DNA from: a virus | Virus record (IMG/VR): IMGVR_UViG_3300028384_001046 | Location: 32,001 to 96,000 of that record | Reading direction: 5' to 3' (one strand) | DNA: 64,000 bases | In this document: one piece after another, positions 29,723 to 38,987 of the stretch | How positions within the stretch are numbered: position 1 is the first letter of the stretch | Layout: every line of letters starts with the position of its first letter | Program-made: the position numbers and the translations under genes | Notes under the pieces: generated by a model | Database searches by the model: none | Seen by the model: only the letters and a program-made list of their open reading frames with translations | Told to the model about the DNA's origin: nothing

Positions 29723-30327
29723 TGAAAGCAGAAAAGATAACTGACCTGATTGTGGTTTTGAAAAATCACATTCCAGATGATACTTGTGATGAAATACTAG
29801 AATGGTTTGAATTAAATAAACATCTACAAACAGATGGATGTGTTTATAGCACAGAAGGAGATCAAGATAAAGGTGCCAAAGTTGACAAAGATTTTAAGAA
29901 TGCTATTCAAACTCTAGTTCCTCCAGGAGCATCTATCTCAGACAAAATGACAGAGATCACCATGTCTGCCTTCAGAGAAGCTGGTTCTAGATATCCAGTT
30001 CCAGAAAATAGTATGACCTTAAATGATTATTGCGTTAGAGTATATCCCAAAGACGAAGGGATATTTAAGACTCATGTGGATCAACACGCATTTGGAACCG
30101 TAAGTAGATTATTTGCTTGCATTATGTATCTTAATGATGTTGAGATTGGTGGGGAAACTGAATTTCCAGACTGGAACATAGCAGTAAAACCAGAGAAAGG
30201 AAAAGTTTTATTGTTCCCATGCAATTATCTTTTCAAACATAAAGGCAATGTTCCTATCTCAAACGAAAAATATATTGCTACAAACTTCATTAACTTTATG
30301 ATGCAAGATATTCCTCTAGTGTCTTGA
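29719..30327 (+). CDS. 2OG-Fe(II) oxygenase, prolyl-4-hydroxylase-like
   Basis: HVD, MYLNDVEIGGETEF, KPEKGKVLLFP, H.G.VP....KY. Confidence 0.85.
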   Translation: MMKAEKITDLIVVLKNHIPDDTCDEILEWFELNKHLQTDGCVYSTEGDQDKGAKVDKDFKNAIQTLVPPGASISDKMTEITMSAFREAGSRYPVPENSMTLNDYCVRVYPKDEGIFKTHVDQHAFGTVSRLFACIMYLNDVEIGGETEFPDWNIAVKPEKGKVLLFPCNYLFKHKGNVPISNEKYIATNFINFMMQDIPLVS

Positions 30328-31099
30328 GTCTATAATTCAACCATTCCATATCTGCACAGGTGTAGTCTTGATACTTACCTTTCAGATGATCAGGGAAAGG
30401 AATCATTTCGATTTCTCCCCCTTCTTTTTTAGCAATTAACTCTGCAACTCTCTGGAATGACATTGGTTTACCAGTTCCGATGTCATAGATTCCACTAGGA
30501 GCATCATTATTCATGACAATATTGACTATATCATCTACACATACAAAGTCTCGATAAAACTTATCGGATCCTTCAAATAATTTTAGTTTTCCTGTCTCTT
30601 TAATCTGTTTAGTAAACTTTGAAACGGGACTTGCTTGATCTCCCTTATGGTCTTCACCAGTTCCATATACATTAAAATATCTAAATCCTTGGATACTCTC
30701 AAACCGATCTAGATTGTCCAATACGTAATAATCTATGATTAGTTTTGAAATTGCATATTGATTTAAGGGATTTATTTTTCTACATTCTTTTGTTTGATTG
30801 CCATACACAGATGCTGAAGACGCATACTTAATAGGAATCTTGTGTTCTATCGCATGAGAGAAGAGATGAGCAGTAAAGGTTTGGTTGTAGTGGGAGATCT
30901 TCATCCAGTTTTTTTCTGTAGTGGATGAGATTGCTCCATTATGAATGATTAGATCTACATTTTCCCAACCATTGAATTTAGCCATGAAATCCCATGCATT
31001 ATCCATATCAATACCGATAACGTCACGTTCTGCTTCATTTTCAAGATATTTTAAAAAGTGGGATCCAATGAATCCCTTATAACCAGTAAGTAAGATCAT
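30296..31099 (-). CDS. hldD: ADP-L-glycero-D-manno-heptose 6-epimerase-like NAD-dependent epimerase
   Basis: TGYKGFIGS, HNGAISSTTE, YASSASVYG, PLNQYAISK (YxxxK), FRYFNVYG..EDHKG.QAS, RDFVCVDD, KYQDYTCAD. Confidence 0.85.
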   Translation of the reverse strand: MILLTGYKGFIGSHFLKYLENEAERDVIGIDMDNAWDFMAKFNGWENVDLIIHNGAISSTTEKNWMKISHYNQTFTAHLFSHAIEHKIPIKYASSASVYGNQTKECRKINPLNQYAISKLIIDYYVLDNLDRFESIQGFRYFNVYGTGEDHKGDQASPVSKFTKQIKETGKLKLFEGSDKFYRDFVCVDDIVNIVMNNDAPSGIYDIGTGKPMSFQRVAELIAKKEGGEIEMIPFPDHLKGKYQDYTCADMEWLNYRLKTLEEYLAS

Positions 31100-31806
31100 C
31101 AGTATATTATCCTTGGAATAGGTAGAAATATTGATTGAGCGAGTCTATACACCTGTTGATCAAAGTGACCTGGATGTTGATATACACCATGAAGAAAATT
31201 ATCTGGATATACAATCAATCTATTGTATTTCATTTCTGCTAAGTGAACAAGTTCCCAAGGACCAACACTATCTCTTACAATATCTTCGTTCCAGATTCCA
31301 GATTGGTTTACATCAACACAACTCATTCCCTTATAAGTATAAAATCCAGTGCCACCATGACATTCTTCTGGCGTGTTTAAATAAATTACACCTGCCCAAC
31401 CCCTAACTAAATTTTTACTATCTATAGGAGAATCTACGTGTGGAATAAGTACTTGATCTGATGCAGTTACATTTACCGAGAATGTAAGTTGTTTGCATCC
31501 AAAGACAAATCGTTCTTCTTCTTCTTTTGACAATCCATAAACTGATTTGGCTATGTCAATCCAGATTGGAACTAAATGATCAAGATCAAAATTTGCACTA
31601 ACTCTACCACCTGGAACTGCTCCACAAATTCTTCGATTAAAAGTTGGAGGAATTCTTAGAGCCAAATCTCGAACCTGATCGGGATTTTTATAGAAGTTAT
31701 CGATGTATACGATTGGTTTTTCTTCCCACCCCATTAACTCTACTCTTGCATCCAATTCATCATTGATTGCAAAGACTTCGGATTCATTTATAAAGTACTT
31801 TTTCAT
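31099..31806 (-). CDS. 2OG-Fe(II) oxygenase-like protein (DUF6445-like), paralog of 22525-23157
   Basis: IDNFYKNPDQVR, PHVD, IYLN..ECHGGTGFY, EMKYNRLIVY...HG. Confidence 0.7.
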   Translation of the reverse strand: MKKYFINESEVFAINDELDARVELMGWEEKPIVYIDNFYKNPDQVRDLALRIPPTFNRRICGAVPGGRVSANFDLDHLVPIWIDIAKSVYGLSKEEEERFVFGCKQLTFSVNVTASDQVLIPHVDSPIDSKNLVRGWAGVIYLNTPEECHGGTGFYTYKGMSCVDVNQSGIWNEDIVRDSVGPWELVHLAEMKYNRLIVYPDNFLHGVYQHPGHFDQQVYRLAQSIFLPIPRIIY

Positions 31807-31844
31807 GAGACATAAATATGTTGAGAACCCTATTATTATTAGGA

Positions 31845-32663
31845 ATGGCTAAGCCCTCCAGCAGAGAAGAATTGAAGCAATATTGCCTCAGGAAACTTGG
31901 AAAGCCAGTATTGGAAGTTAACGTTGATGATGATCAAATCGAAGATCTGATTGACGATGCAATCCAATTATACCATGAAAGACATGGAGAGGGGATAGAT
32001 CGAGTATTTCTTAAGCATAAACTTCTAGAGACAGAAAAACAAACATTAGTGGGAATTGCTAGTACAACTACAGGTACAAGCAGCCACGGTGGTATTTCTA
32101 TGATGGAATATGAGGAAGGTGCAAACTATCTTCCTCTTCCAGAATCTGTTATTGGAGTCAATAAAGTATTTAAGATCGACTCTTCCTCAGTGTCTGATGG
32201 ATTGTTTAATATTAAATATCAACTCTTCCTTAATGATTTATACTACTACGGAGCAGTTGATTTATTGAACTATTCGATGGTCAAGTCATACTTAGAAACT
32301 CTTGATTATCTAATCAACCCAGATGCACAGGTAAGATTTAATAAGAAAAATAATAGACTTTATCTAGATATAACCCTAAAGGACCTACAGAGCAATCACT
32401 ATTTGCTCTTAGATTGTTACAGGATTGTAGATCCAGAAAGTGAGACTGCTGTATACAATGACCCATGGGTCAAGAGATATACAACGTCTTTAATTAAGAG
32501 ACAGTGGGGTCAGAACCTTATCAAGTTCCAAGGAGTTAAACTTCCTGGTGGACTTGAGATGAACGGTAGACAACTGTTTGATGATGCTCAAAGAGAACTT
32601 GAGGATCATGAACAGAAACTGATGACCGAATACGCTATGCCACCTCTAGACATGATAGGATAA
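31845..32663 (+). CDS. gp13: Neck protein gp13
   Basis: SREELKQYCLRKLGKPVLEVNVDDDQIED, KRQWGQNLIKFQGVKLPGG. Confidence 0.9.
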   Translation: MAKPSSREELKQYCLRKLGKPVLEVNVDDDQIEDLIDDAIQLYHERHGEGIDRVFLKHKLLETEKQTLVGIASTTTGTSSHGGISMMEYEEGANYLPLPESVIGVNKVFKIDSSSVSDGLFNIKYQLFLNDLYYYGAVDLLNYSMVKSYLETLDYLINPDAQVRFNKKNNRLYLDITLKDLQSNHYLLLDCYRIVDPESETAVYNDPWVKRYTTSLIKRQWGQNLIKFQGVKLPGGLEMNGRQLFDDAQRELEDHEQKLMTEYAMPPLDMIG

Positions 32664-34954
32664 TGCCCCTAAATCCATTTTTTCTACACGGTTCACCAAG
32701 CGAACAAAGATTGGTTCAGGATTTGGTTAACGAGCATTTGAAAATGTTCGGTCAGGATGTTTTGTATATGCCTCGGAGGATTGTTAATGAGCAAACAGTT
32801 ATTAAAGAAATAACTGCATCTAGGTTTGACGATAGTTTCCGACTCGAAGCATACTTAGTAAATTTTGATGGATTTGGAAGTCCTTCGGAGATTCTATCAA
32901 AGTTTGGTGTTAGATCGCAAGATGAAATTCAGTTGGTCATTTCAAAGGAAAGGTATGATGATTTCATCTCTCCTTTGTTGAAGTTGTGGCCAGAGGATGA
33001 GATTAAAGTTGCTACTAGACCTCAGGAAGGAGATCTAATCTATCTTCCTCTAGATAATGCGTTATTTGAGATTAAGTTTGTAGAGACAAAAGTTCCTTTC
33101 TACCAACTCAATGATCTTTACATGTATGAATTAAGATGTGAAATCTTTGAGTATGAAGATGAAATCATTGATCTTCCAGATACTCTTGCTGGTGTAAATG
33201 GTGATGAGGTTATGGAGCCCATTGGTATGGGGGGACAGTTTATATCCCTACAACTATCGAAAGATACGTACACCAATGCAACGGCTTCCGTATCTCTTGC
33301 TTCAACTATTTTTGGCACGAAATCGGTACAATATATTAGATTGTTTAATGACGGTAATTATAAAACAACACCATCAGTATACATCTCAAAACCAACCAGA
33401 GGTAAACAAGCAACTGGTATTGCTACAGCGGTTAATGGACGTGTAAATGATCTAACTATTGATTTTGGCGGAACAAATTACATTCAGATTCCACAAGTAA
33501 CGTTTACACCACCAAACAGAACAACAGCAACGCAAATAAAATTTGGAAATAACTCCCTTTATCATGACAATGCTCAGGATACGGAGCAATCGAGATTTGA
33601 GTTCCCAACAAACATTGACTCTAGAGATACTGAGGATGGAAGATTGTCCTTTAGTATGTGGTTCTATCCAACCACGTTTACTCCGAATCCAAGTTATGGT
33701 GGAGTTATTTTGTGGTCTGATAGAATCAAACTATACCATAGAGATTCTGGAACTGTAGTTTTTGCTTCTGGATCTACTGCTATTGAAAATCCAAATCCAC
33801 TTACATTGAATACATGGAACTTCATTAGAATCGAACAGCATGGTTCCAATGCCAAACTCTGTGTGAATGGTAATCCTGGATCTGAATATAGTAATGCAGA
33901 CCCAATCATGTTCTTTGCGAACAACCAATTGCATTATGGGGCTGATGCTTCTGGTCTAGGCAAACTAAACACAATCAGAGATGGATATATTGGATATCTC
34001 GATCACGTAACTCTCAATCTTACTGGGGATACTTCTTTTAGAACTGATAGTGAATCTCTTGTCCCAACAACAACCTCAGAACAAGAAATAGATACACCAA
34101 CGTCTAGAACAGCTCAGTTCGTTGAGAATTTAAATAACGAATATCCAGAAGTATATGCTTCTCTAAATGATGAGAGAGAAGTATCTGGTCTACAAATTGT
34201 TTATGGTGGTAGTGGATATATTTCCGATCCATTGATGATTATCGAAAAACCAGATCTCGGTCAACAGGCAACAGCAGTTGCTATTATGACTAGCAGAACT
34301 GGAGTTCCCAATAAGTCAATTGATAGAATTCTACTAAACAACCCAGGAACTGGATATACGACTCCACCATCCATTACTTTTAGAGGTGGTAAGCCAACAT
34401 CGGTAGCCATTGCTACTGCTATAGTATCGACTGGTGTCCTCGGACCAGTTGGAATTGACACCGCTGGATTTGGATATAACTTTAAACCAACTGTAGGAAT
34501 CACTTCTGTGTTTATTCCTCAGTCTGTTGATACTACAGACTTGATTAAAAATGCAAAAGCAGAATCAGTCGTAAGTACAGGATCTAGTATTACAAAAATA
34601 AGATTCTCGAATGCAGGAACTGGATATACATCCGTAATACCAAACATAGAAATTGAAGAAGTTATAAATCCAGTCTTTGGCGACTTCGTAATTGGTGAAT
34701 CTGTAAGAGGAGTTTCTAGTGGAACTAGTGCAATTGTTGCTTCTTGGGATGCTGGTAACAGAATCCTCAAGCTTGGAAATGCAACTGGAGATTTTCAATT
34801 TGGAGAAACAATCGTTGGCGCAGGAGCTAGTCATACTATTGCAAGTTTCTTTAATGAGTATGATGATAATGGATTTGCATCTAATGATGATATTGAGTTT
34901 GAAGCTGATCAAATTATAGACTTCACAGAGAGGAATCCTTTTGGGGAAGTCTAA
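32663..34954 (+). CDS. gp14: Neck protein gp14 with large insertion (LamG/ConA-like domain)
   Basis: EQRLVQDLVNE, RPQEGDLIYLPL, LRCEIFEY, C-terminal DFTERNPFGE. Confidence 0.85.
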   Translation: MPLNPFFLHGSPSEQRLVQDLVNEHLKMFGQDVLYMPRRIVNEQTVIKEITASRFDDSFRLEAYLVNFDGFGSPSEILSKFGVRSQDEIQLVISKERYDDFISPLLKLWPEDEIKVATRPQEGDLIYLPLDNALFEIKFVETKVPFYQLNDLYMYELRCEIFEYEDEIIDLPDTLAGVNGDEVMEPIGMGGQFISLQLSKDTYTNATASVSLASTIFGTKSVQYIRLFNDGNYKTTPSVYISKPTRGKQATGIATAVNGRVNDLTIDFGGTNYIQIPQVTFTPPNRTTATQIKFGNNSLYHDNAQDTEQSRFEFPTNIDSRDTEDGRLSFSMWFYPTTFTPNPSYGGVILWSDRIKLYHRDSGTVVFASGSTAIENPNPLTLNTWNFIRIEQHGSNAKLCVNGNPGSEYSNADPIMFFANNQLHYGADASGLGKLNTIRDGYIGYLDHVTLNLTGDTSFRTDSESLVPTTTSEQEIDTPTSRTAQFVENLNNEYPEVYASLNDEREVSGLQIVYGGSGYISDPLMIIEKPDLGQQATAVAIMTSRTGVPNKSIDRILLNNPGTGYTTPPSITFRGGKPTSVAIATAIVSTGVLGPVGIDTAGFGYNFKPTVGITSVFIPQSVDTTDLIKNAKAESVVSTGSSITKIRFSNAGTGYTSVIPNIEIEEVINPVFGDFVIGESVRGVSSGTSAIVASWDAGNRILKLGNATGDFQFGETIVGAGASHTIASFFNEYDDNGFASNDDIEFEADQIIDFTERNPFGEV

Positions 34955-34974
34955 ATAATTAAAAATACTGTATT

Positions 34975-36054
34975 ATGTTAAGCTCTCATTTTTATCACGA
35001 AATCATCAGGAAGGTAATTATTTCCTTCGGAACCCTATTTAATGGGATTGAAATTAAGCATCAAGATAAAAATGATAATACCTTTAGTGTCATCAATGTT
35101 CCCATTTCATATGGACCGACTCAAAAATTCTTGGCACGACTAGAACAGAGTAGGGATTTGAGATCTCCTGGTAAACCAGCTGGTGCATTGACATTGCCAA
35201 GGATGTCATTTGAAATGATTGGTGTTCAGTACGACGCTAGTAGAAAAATTTCTACTATGCAAACATTTAAAGCTGTTAATAAAGAGAGCAATAAGTTGAT
35301 TAAGGGATACATGCCAGTTCCCTATAATATCAATATGCAATTAAGCATTCTAACAAAACTTAACGAAGATGCTTTGCAAATTTTAGAACAAATTTTACCA
35401 TATTTTCAACCATCATTCAATCTTACAGTAAATCTCTCTGACACAATTGGAGAATCAAGAGATATTCCAATTACATTAGAAGCGATTCAGATGGATGATA
35501 ATTATGAGGGGGACTTCTTGACCAGAAGAGCCCTTATCTACACACTAAACTTTACTTGTAAGGCATACCTTTACGGACCTATCAACCCCACTACAGATGG
35601 ACTTATCAAGAAAGTTCAGGTCGATTACATGCAAGGGACCGAAAATATTAAAACTCCAAATAGACAACTTAGATATACTGCTGTTCCAGTAGCAATAAAA
35701 GATTATGATAATGACGATACTGCTAGAACTGGAGAAGTATTTAATGAAATCGTAACAGCGTTTGCGGTTTCAGATTCAACTCCATTTATCGAAAATACTT
35801 ATATTCAAGTAGATGATGAAGTAATGAGAATTAAATCGAAGAGTGGACAAAGATTGCATGTTTCTAGGGGAGAATATGGAACAAGTGCTGTTCCTCATGA
35901 TATCGACGTTCCAATTAATGCAATTACTGCTCAGGATGACTCGTTTGTTGAATCAAATTTGGATGATGATGATTTTGGATTTGGTGAAACCAGAACAGAA
36001 TTCATGGATGGGCAAGTATATAGCATTAGTCAAAGTAGAGATTCCGATCTATGA
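34975..36054 (+). CDS. gp15: Tail sheath stabiliser/completion protein gp15
   Basis: FYHEIIRK..FGTLFN, LPRMSFE, QILEQILPYFQP. Confidence 0.9.
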   Translation: MLSSHFYHEIIRKVIISFGTLFNGIEIKHQDKNDNTFSVINVPISYGPTQKFLARLEQSRDLRSPGKPAGALTLPRMSFEMIGVQYDASRKISTMQTFKAVNKESNKLIKGYMPVPYNINMQLSILTKLNEDALQILEQILPYFQPSFNLTVNLSDTIGESRDIPITLEAIQMDDNYEGDFLTRRALIYTLNFTCKAYLYGPINPTTDGLIKKVQVDYMQGTENIKTPNRQLRYTAVPVAIKDYDNDDTARTGEVFNEIVTAFAVSDSTPFIENTYIQVDDEVMRIKSKSGQRLHVSRGEYGTSAVPHDIDVPINAITAQDDSFVESNLDDDDFGFGETRTEFMDGQVYSISQSRDSDL

Positions 36055-36479
36055 ATATGAATTTTGATGAGATTGATAAGTCTTTGGACATTACTCCTTC
36101 AGAAGTAGTGCCTGAAGAAAAACCCGTTGCCAAAAAGAAACCTGTAAGAGAGGAGAAACCTGATATTGATCGGGATTATGAATATACTAGAGGTCATCTA
36201 TATTCTTTGATTGAGAAGGGACAAGAAGCAATTGATGGAATTCTTGAATTATCTCAACAATCTGATTCTCCCAGAGCATATGAAGTTGCTGGACAATTAA
36301 TTAAGAACGTTGCAGACACAACAGATAAGTTGATGGATCTCCAAAAGAAATTGAAAGATGTTAACGAAGAATCTAAAAAAGGTCCAACCAATGTCACTAA
36401 CAATGCCTTATTTGTTGGAAGTACAGCTGATTTGCAAAAAATGTTGAAACAGGCATCTAAAGACAATCAATCTAAATAA
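36051..36479 (+). CDS. gp16: Terminase small subunit gp16
   Basis: DYEYTR, PRAYEVAGQLIK, NALFVGSTADLQKML. Confidence 0.9.
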   Translation: MNMNFDEIDKSLDITPSEVVPEEKPVAKKKPVREEKPDIDRDYEYTRGHLYSLIEKGQEAIDGILELSQQSDSPRAYEVAGQLIKNVADTTDKLMDLQKKLKDVNEESKKGPTNVTNNALFVGSTADLQKMLKQASKDNQSK

Positions 36480-36500
36480 ACGTGTAGATGTCTCCGAAAC

Positions 36501-36749
36501 ATGAAGTCATTTCAAAAATTTCTGGGTGAAGGTGTGGAGAGAATTGCACAATATGGAAATTATTACAGCATAACTTTAGTTTTTAGGGGATCAACCAGAA
36601 CTCTTCAAATGTTCTTTCCACAAAGAGGAAGACCTATGAAGAAAGATGTCCAGAATGAAGTCGAAAAAGTATATCCTGGAGCAAAAGTAATTTACTTTTA
36701 TCCTGCAGTAAAAGATCCTAGAGAACCTCTTTTTATGGTAAACCCCTGA
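36501..36749 (+). CDS. Hypothetical protein
   Basis: Fills the gp16-gp17 gap; TCTAAATA upstream. Confidence 0.6.
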   Translation: MKSFQKFLGEGVERIAQYGNYYSITLVFRGSTRTLQMFFPQRGRPMKKDVQNEVEKVYPGAKVIYFYPAVKDPREPLFMVNP

Positions 36750-36756
36750 ATGTCTT

Positions 36757-38409
36757 ATGAGTGATAATATATATCTTGGTAATCCTAATCTTAAAAAGTC
36801 CAACGTTGCTATTCAGTGGACTCAAGAACAGGTAAAGGAATATTTGAAATGTAAGGAAGATCCATTATATTTTGCAGCCAATTACGTAAAGATTATTAGT
36901 CTTGATGAAGGTTTAGTTCCTTTCAAGATGTATGATTTTCAGGAAAAACTTATTCAAAATTTCCATCGGAACAGATTCAATATCTGTAAGATGCCTCGAC
37001 AGTCGGGAAAGTCAACAACTGTTGTTTCATATCTCCTACATTACGCACTCTTTAACGATAGCGTTACTATTGGTATACTCGCAAACAAGGCTGCAACTGC
37101 CAGAGAACTATTGGGTAGGCTTCAGACTGCATATGAGGCACTACCTCATTGGATGCAACAAGGTATCGTTGCCTGGAACAAAGGTTCCATGGAATTAGAA
37201 AATAAATCAAAGATTATTGCGGCATCCACATCCGCATCTGCCGTTCGAGGCATGTCGTTTAATATTATTTTCTTGGACGAATTTGCATTCATTCCAAATC
37301 ATATTGCAGATGAGTTTTTTAGTTCTGTATATCCTACCATTTCATCTGGTAAATCCACAAAGGTAATTATCGTTTCTACCCCCAAGGGTATGAATCATTT
37401 CTATCGATTGTGGCACGACTCAGAACTGAATAGAAATGAATATGTAAATACTGAGGTTCACTGGTCAGAAGTTCCTGGTCGTGACGAGGCTTGGAAAGAA
37501 CAGACAATTAAAAACACATCAGAAGCTCAGTTCCGAGTTGAGTTTGAATGTGAGTTCTTGGGATCTGTTGATACTTTGATTGCTCCATCAAAGCTTAAGT
37601 CAATGGTATATGATGAACCAATCAATACCGCCAAGAATGGCGGAGAAATATACGCACATCCACTAGAGAAACATACTTATGTAATTACTGTTGACGTTGC
37701 AAGAGGCGTAGAAAAAGACTATTCAGCTTTCATTGTATTTGATACTACGGAGTTTCCATATAGAGTAGTTGCAAAGTATAGAAACAATTCTATCAAACCA
37801 ATGTTATTTCCAAATATTATTTGGGAATTTGCAAAAGCATACAATGATGCATATATCTTATGTGAAGTAAACGATATTGGAGATCAGATTGCCGCAACAA
37901 TTCAATACGATTTAGAATATCAAAATCTTCTCATGTGTTCTATGAGAGGTCGTGCTGGTCAATTAGTCGGTCAAGGATTTTCTGGTAAAAAGACACAACT
38001 AGGTGTGAAGATGTCCAAGACTGTCAAAAAAATTGGAGCATTGAATCTAAAAACAATGATTGAATCTGATAAGTTATTGATATCTGATTATCATATCATT
38101 GCAGAACTTACTACATTTATTCAGAAAAATAATTCTTTTGAAGCAGAAGAAGGTTGTAATGACGACCTTGCAATGTGTCTTGTTATTTTTGCTTGGCTAG
38201 TTCAACAGGAATACTTTAAAGAGATGTCAGATGATGATATTAGAAAGAGAATCTATGATGATCAAAGAGACCAGATTGAACAGGATATGGCACCATTCGG
38301 ATTTGTCAGCGATGGTATCAATGAAGAAACATCATTCGTAGATAGTACTGGAGATAGATGGCATACCGATGAATATGGTGATATGTCTCACATGTGGGAT
38401 TATCAATGA
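36757..38409 (+). CDS. gp17: Terminase large subunit gp17
   Basis: PRQSGKST Walker A, FLDEFAF Walker B, VSTPKG, DVARG, NDDLAM. Confidence 0.97.
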   Translation: MSDNIYLGNPNLKKSNVAIQWTQEQVKEYLKCKEDPLYFAANYVKIISLDEGLVPFKMYDFQEKLIQNFHRNRFNICKMPRQSGKSTTVVSYLLHYALFNDSVTIGILANKAATARELLGRLQTAYEALPHWMQQGIVAWNKGSMELENKSKIIAASTSASAVRGMSFNIIFLDEFAFIPNHIADEFFSSVYPTISSGKSTKVIIVSTPKGMNHFYRLWHDSELNRNEYVNTEVHWSEVPGRDEAWKEQTIKNTSEAQFRVEFECEFLGSVDTLIAPSKLKSMVYDEPINTAKNGGEIYAHPLEKHTYVITVDVARGVEKDYSAFIVFDTTEFPYRVVAKYRNNSIKPMLFPNIIWEFAKAYNDAYILCEVNDIGDQIAATIQYDLEYQNLLMCSMRGRAGQLVGQGFSGKKTQLGVKMSKTVKKIGALNLKTMIESDKLLISDYHIIAELTTFIQKNNSFEAEEGCNDDLAMCLVIFAWLVQQEYFKEMSDDDIRKRIYDDQRDQIEQDMAPFGFVSDGINEETSFVDSTGDRWHTDEYGDMSHMWDYQ

Positions 38410-38651
38410 TTAAATTTTTAAAATTATTGAGTAATGTGGTTGATCCAAATTGGTGGGCAGAAGTTGTTGGTAAAAAATCTGGTTTATATGCTTTAGCAAG
38501 CAAACCAAATAAATTTAAAGAGTGGAAGTTAAAGCAACCATTATGGAAACAAGCATTCATTGAAATTTTAATGTTCACACTTTTAGCATTAGCCTTTGAA
38601 CCAGTATTGAATACATTGGGTTATTCGATGCTCCCTTGGAGATGGTTCTGA
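38406..38651 (+). CDS. Small hypothetical membrane protein
   Basis: ATGA overlap with the gp17 stop; C-terminal hydrophobic helix. Confidence 0.55.
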   Translation: MIKFLKLLSNVVDPNWWAEVVGKKSGLYALASKPNKFKEWKLKQPLWKQAFIEILMFTLLALAFEPVLNTLGYSMLPWRWF

Positions 38652-38899
38652 TGGACTTAGATGAAGAGTTTAAATTAAGTCACCTACTTTTACAGGAGAG
38701 GAAGTGTAGGTCTTGTAACCAGATAAAAGACTTATTAACTGATTTTTACAGAACACGTAGAGATAGAACATCATATTCCGCATATTCATATGAGTGCAAA
38801 GAATGTACTATTAAAAGAGTTGTGGAATCCAGAAAGCAAAAATCAGAGATGCCATACAATATAGTTCTTGGAATAGATGATGTATATCCAGACTGGTAA
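38651..38899 (+). CDS. Small Zn-ribbon protein (CxxC...CxxC)
   Basis: RKCRSC...FY...YSYECKEC. Confidence 0.65.
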   Translation: MDLDEEFKLSHLLLQERKCRSCNQIKDLLTDFYRTRRDRTSYSAYSYECKECTIKRVVESRKQKSEMPYNIVLGIDDVYPDW

Positions 38900-38987
38900 A
38901 GTGTTCATGCATTGTTTCCCCACTTAAAAACTAGCAAATTCTAAATAATAACAGATAAAAAATGGACTTCTTCAAGAGGAACTAACA

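Noticed and set aside
36757-38899. Intein, intron or homing endonuclease in or near gp17
   Set aside because: gp17 is of normal length and uninterrupted. The 38651-38899 protein has only a Zn-ribbon and no HNH catalytic motif.
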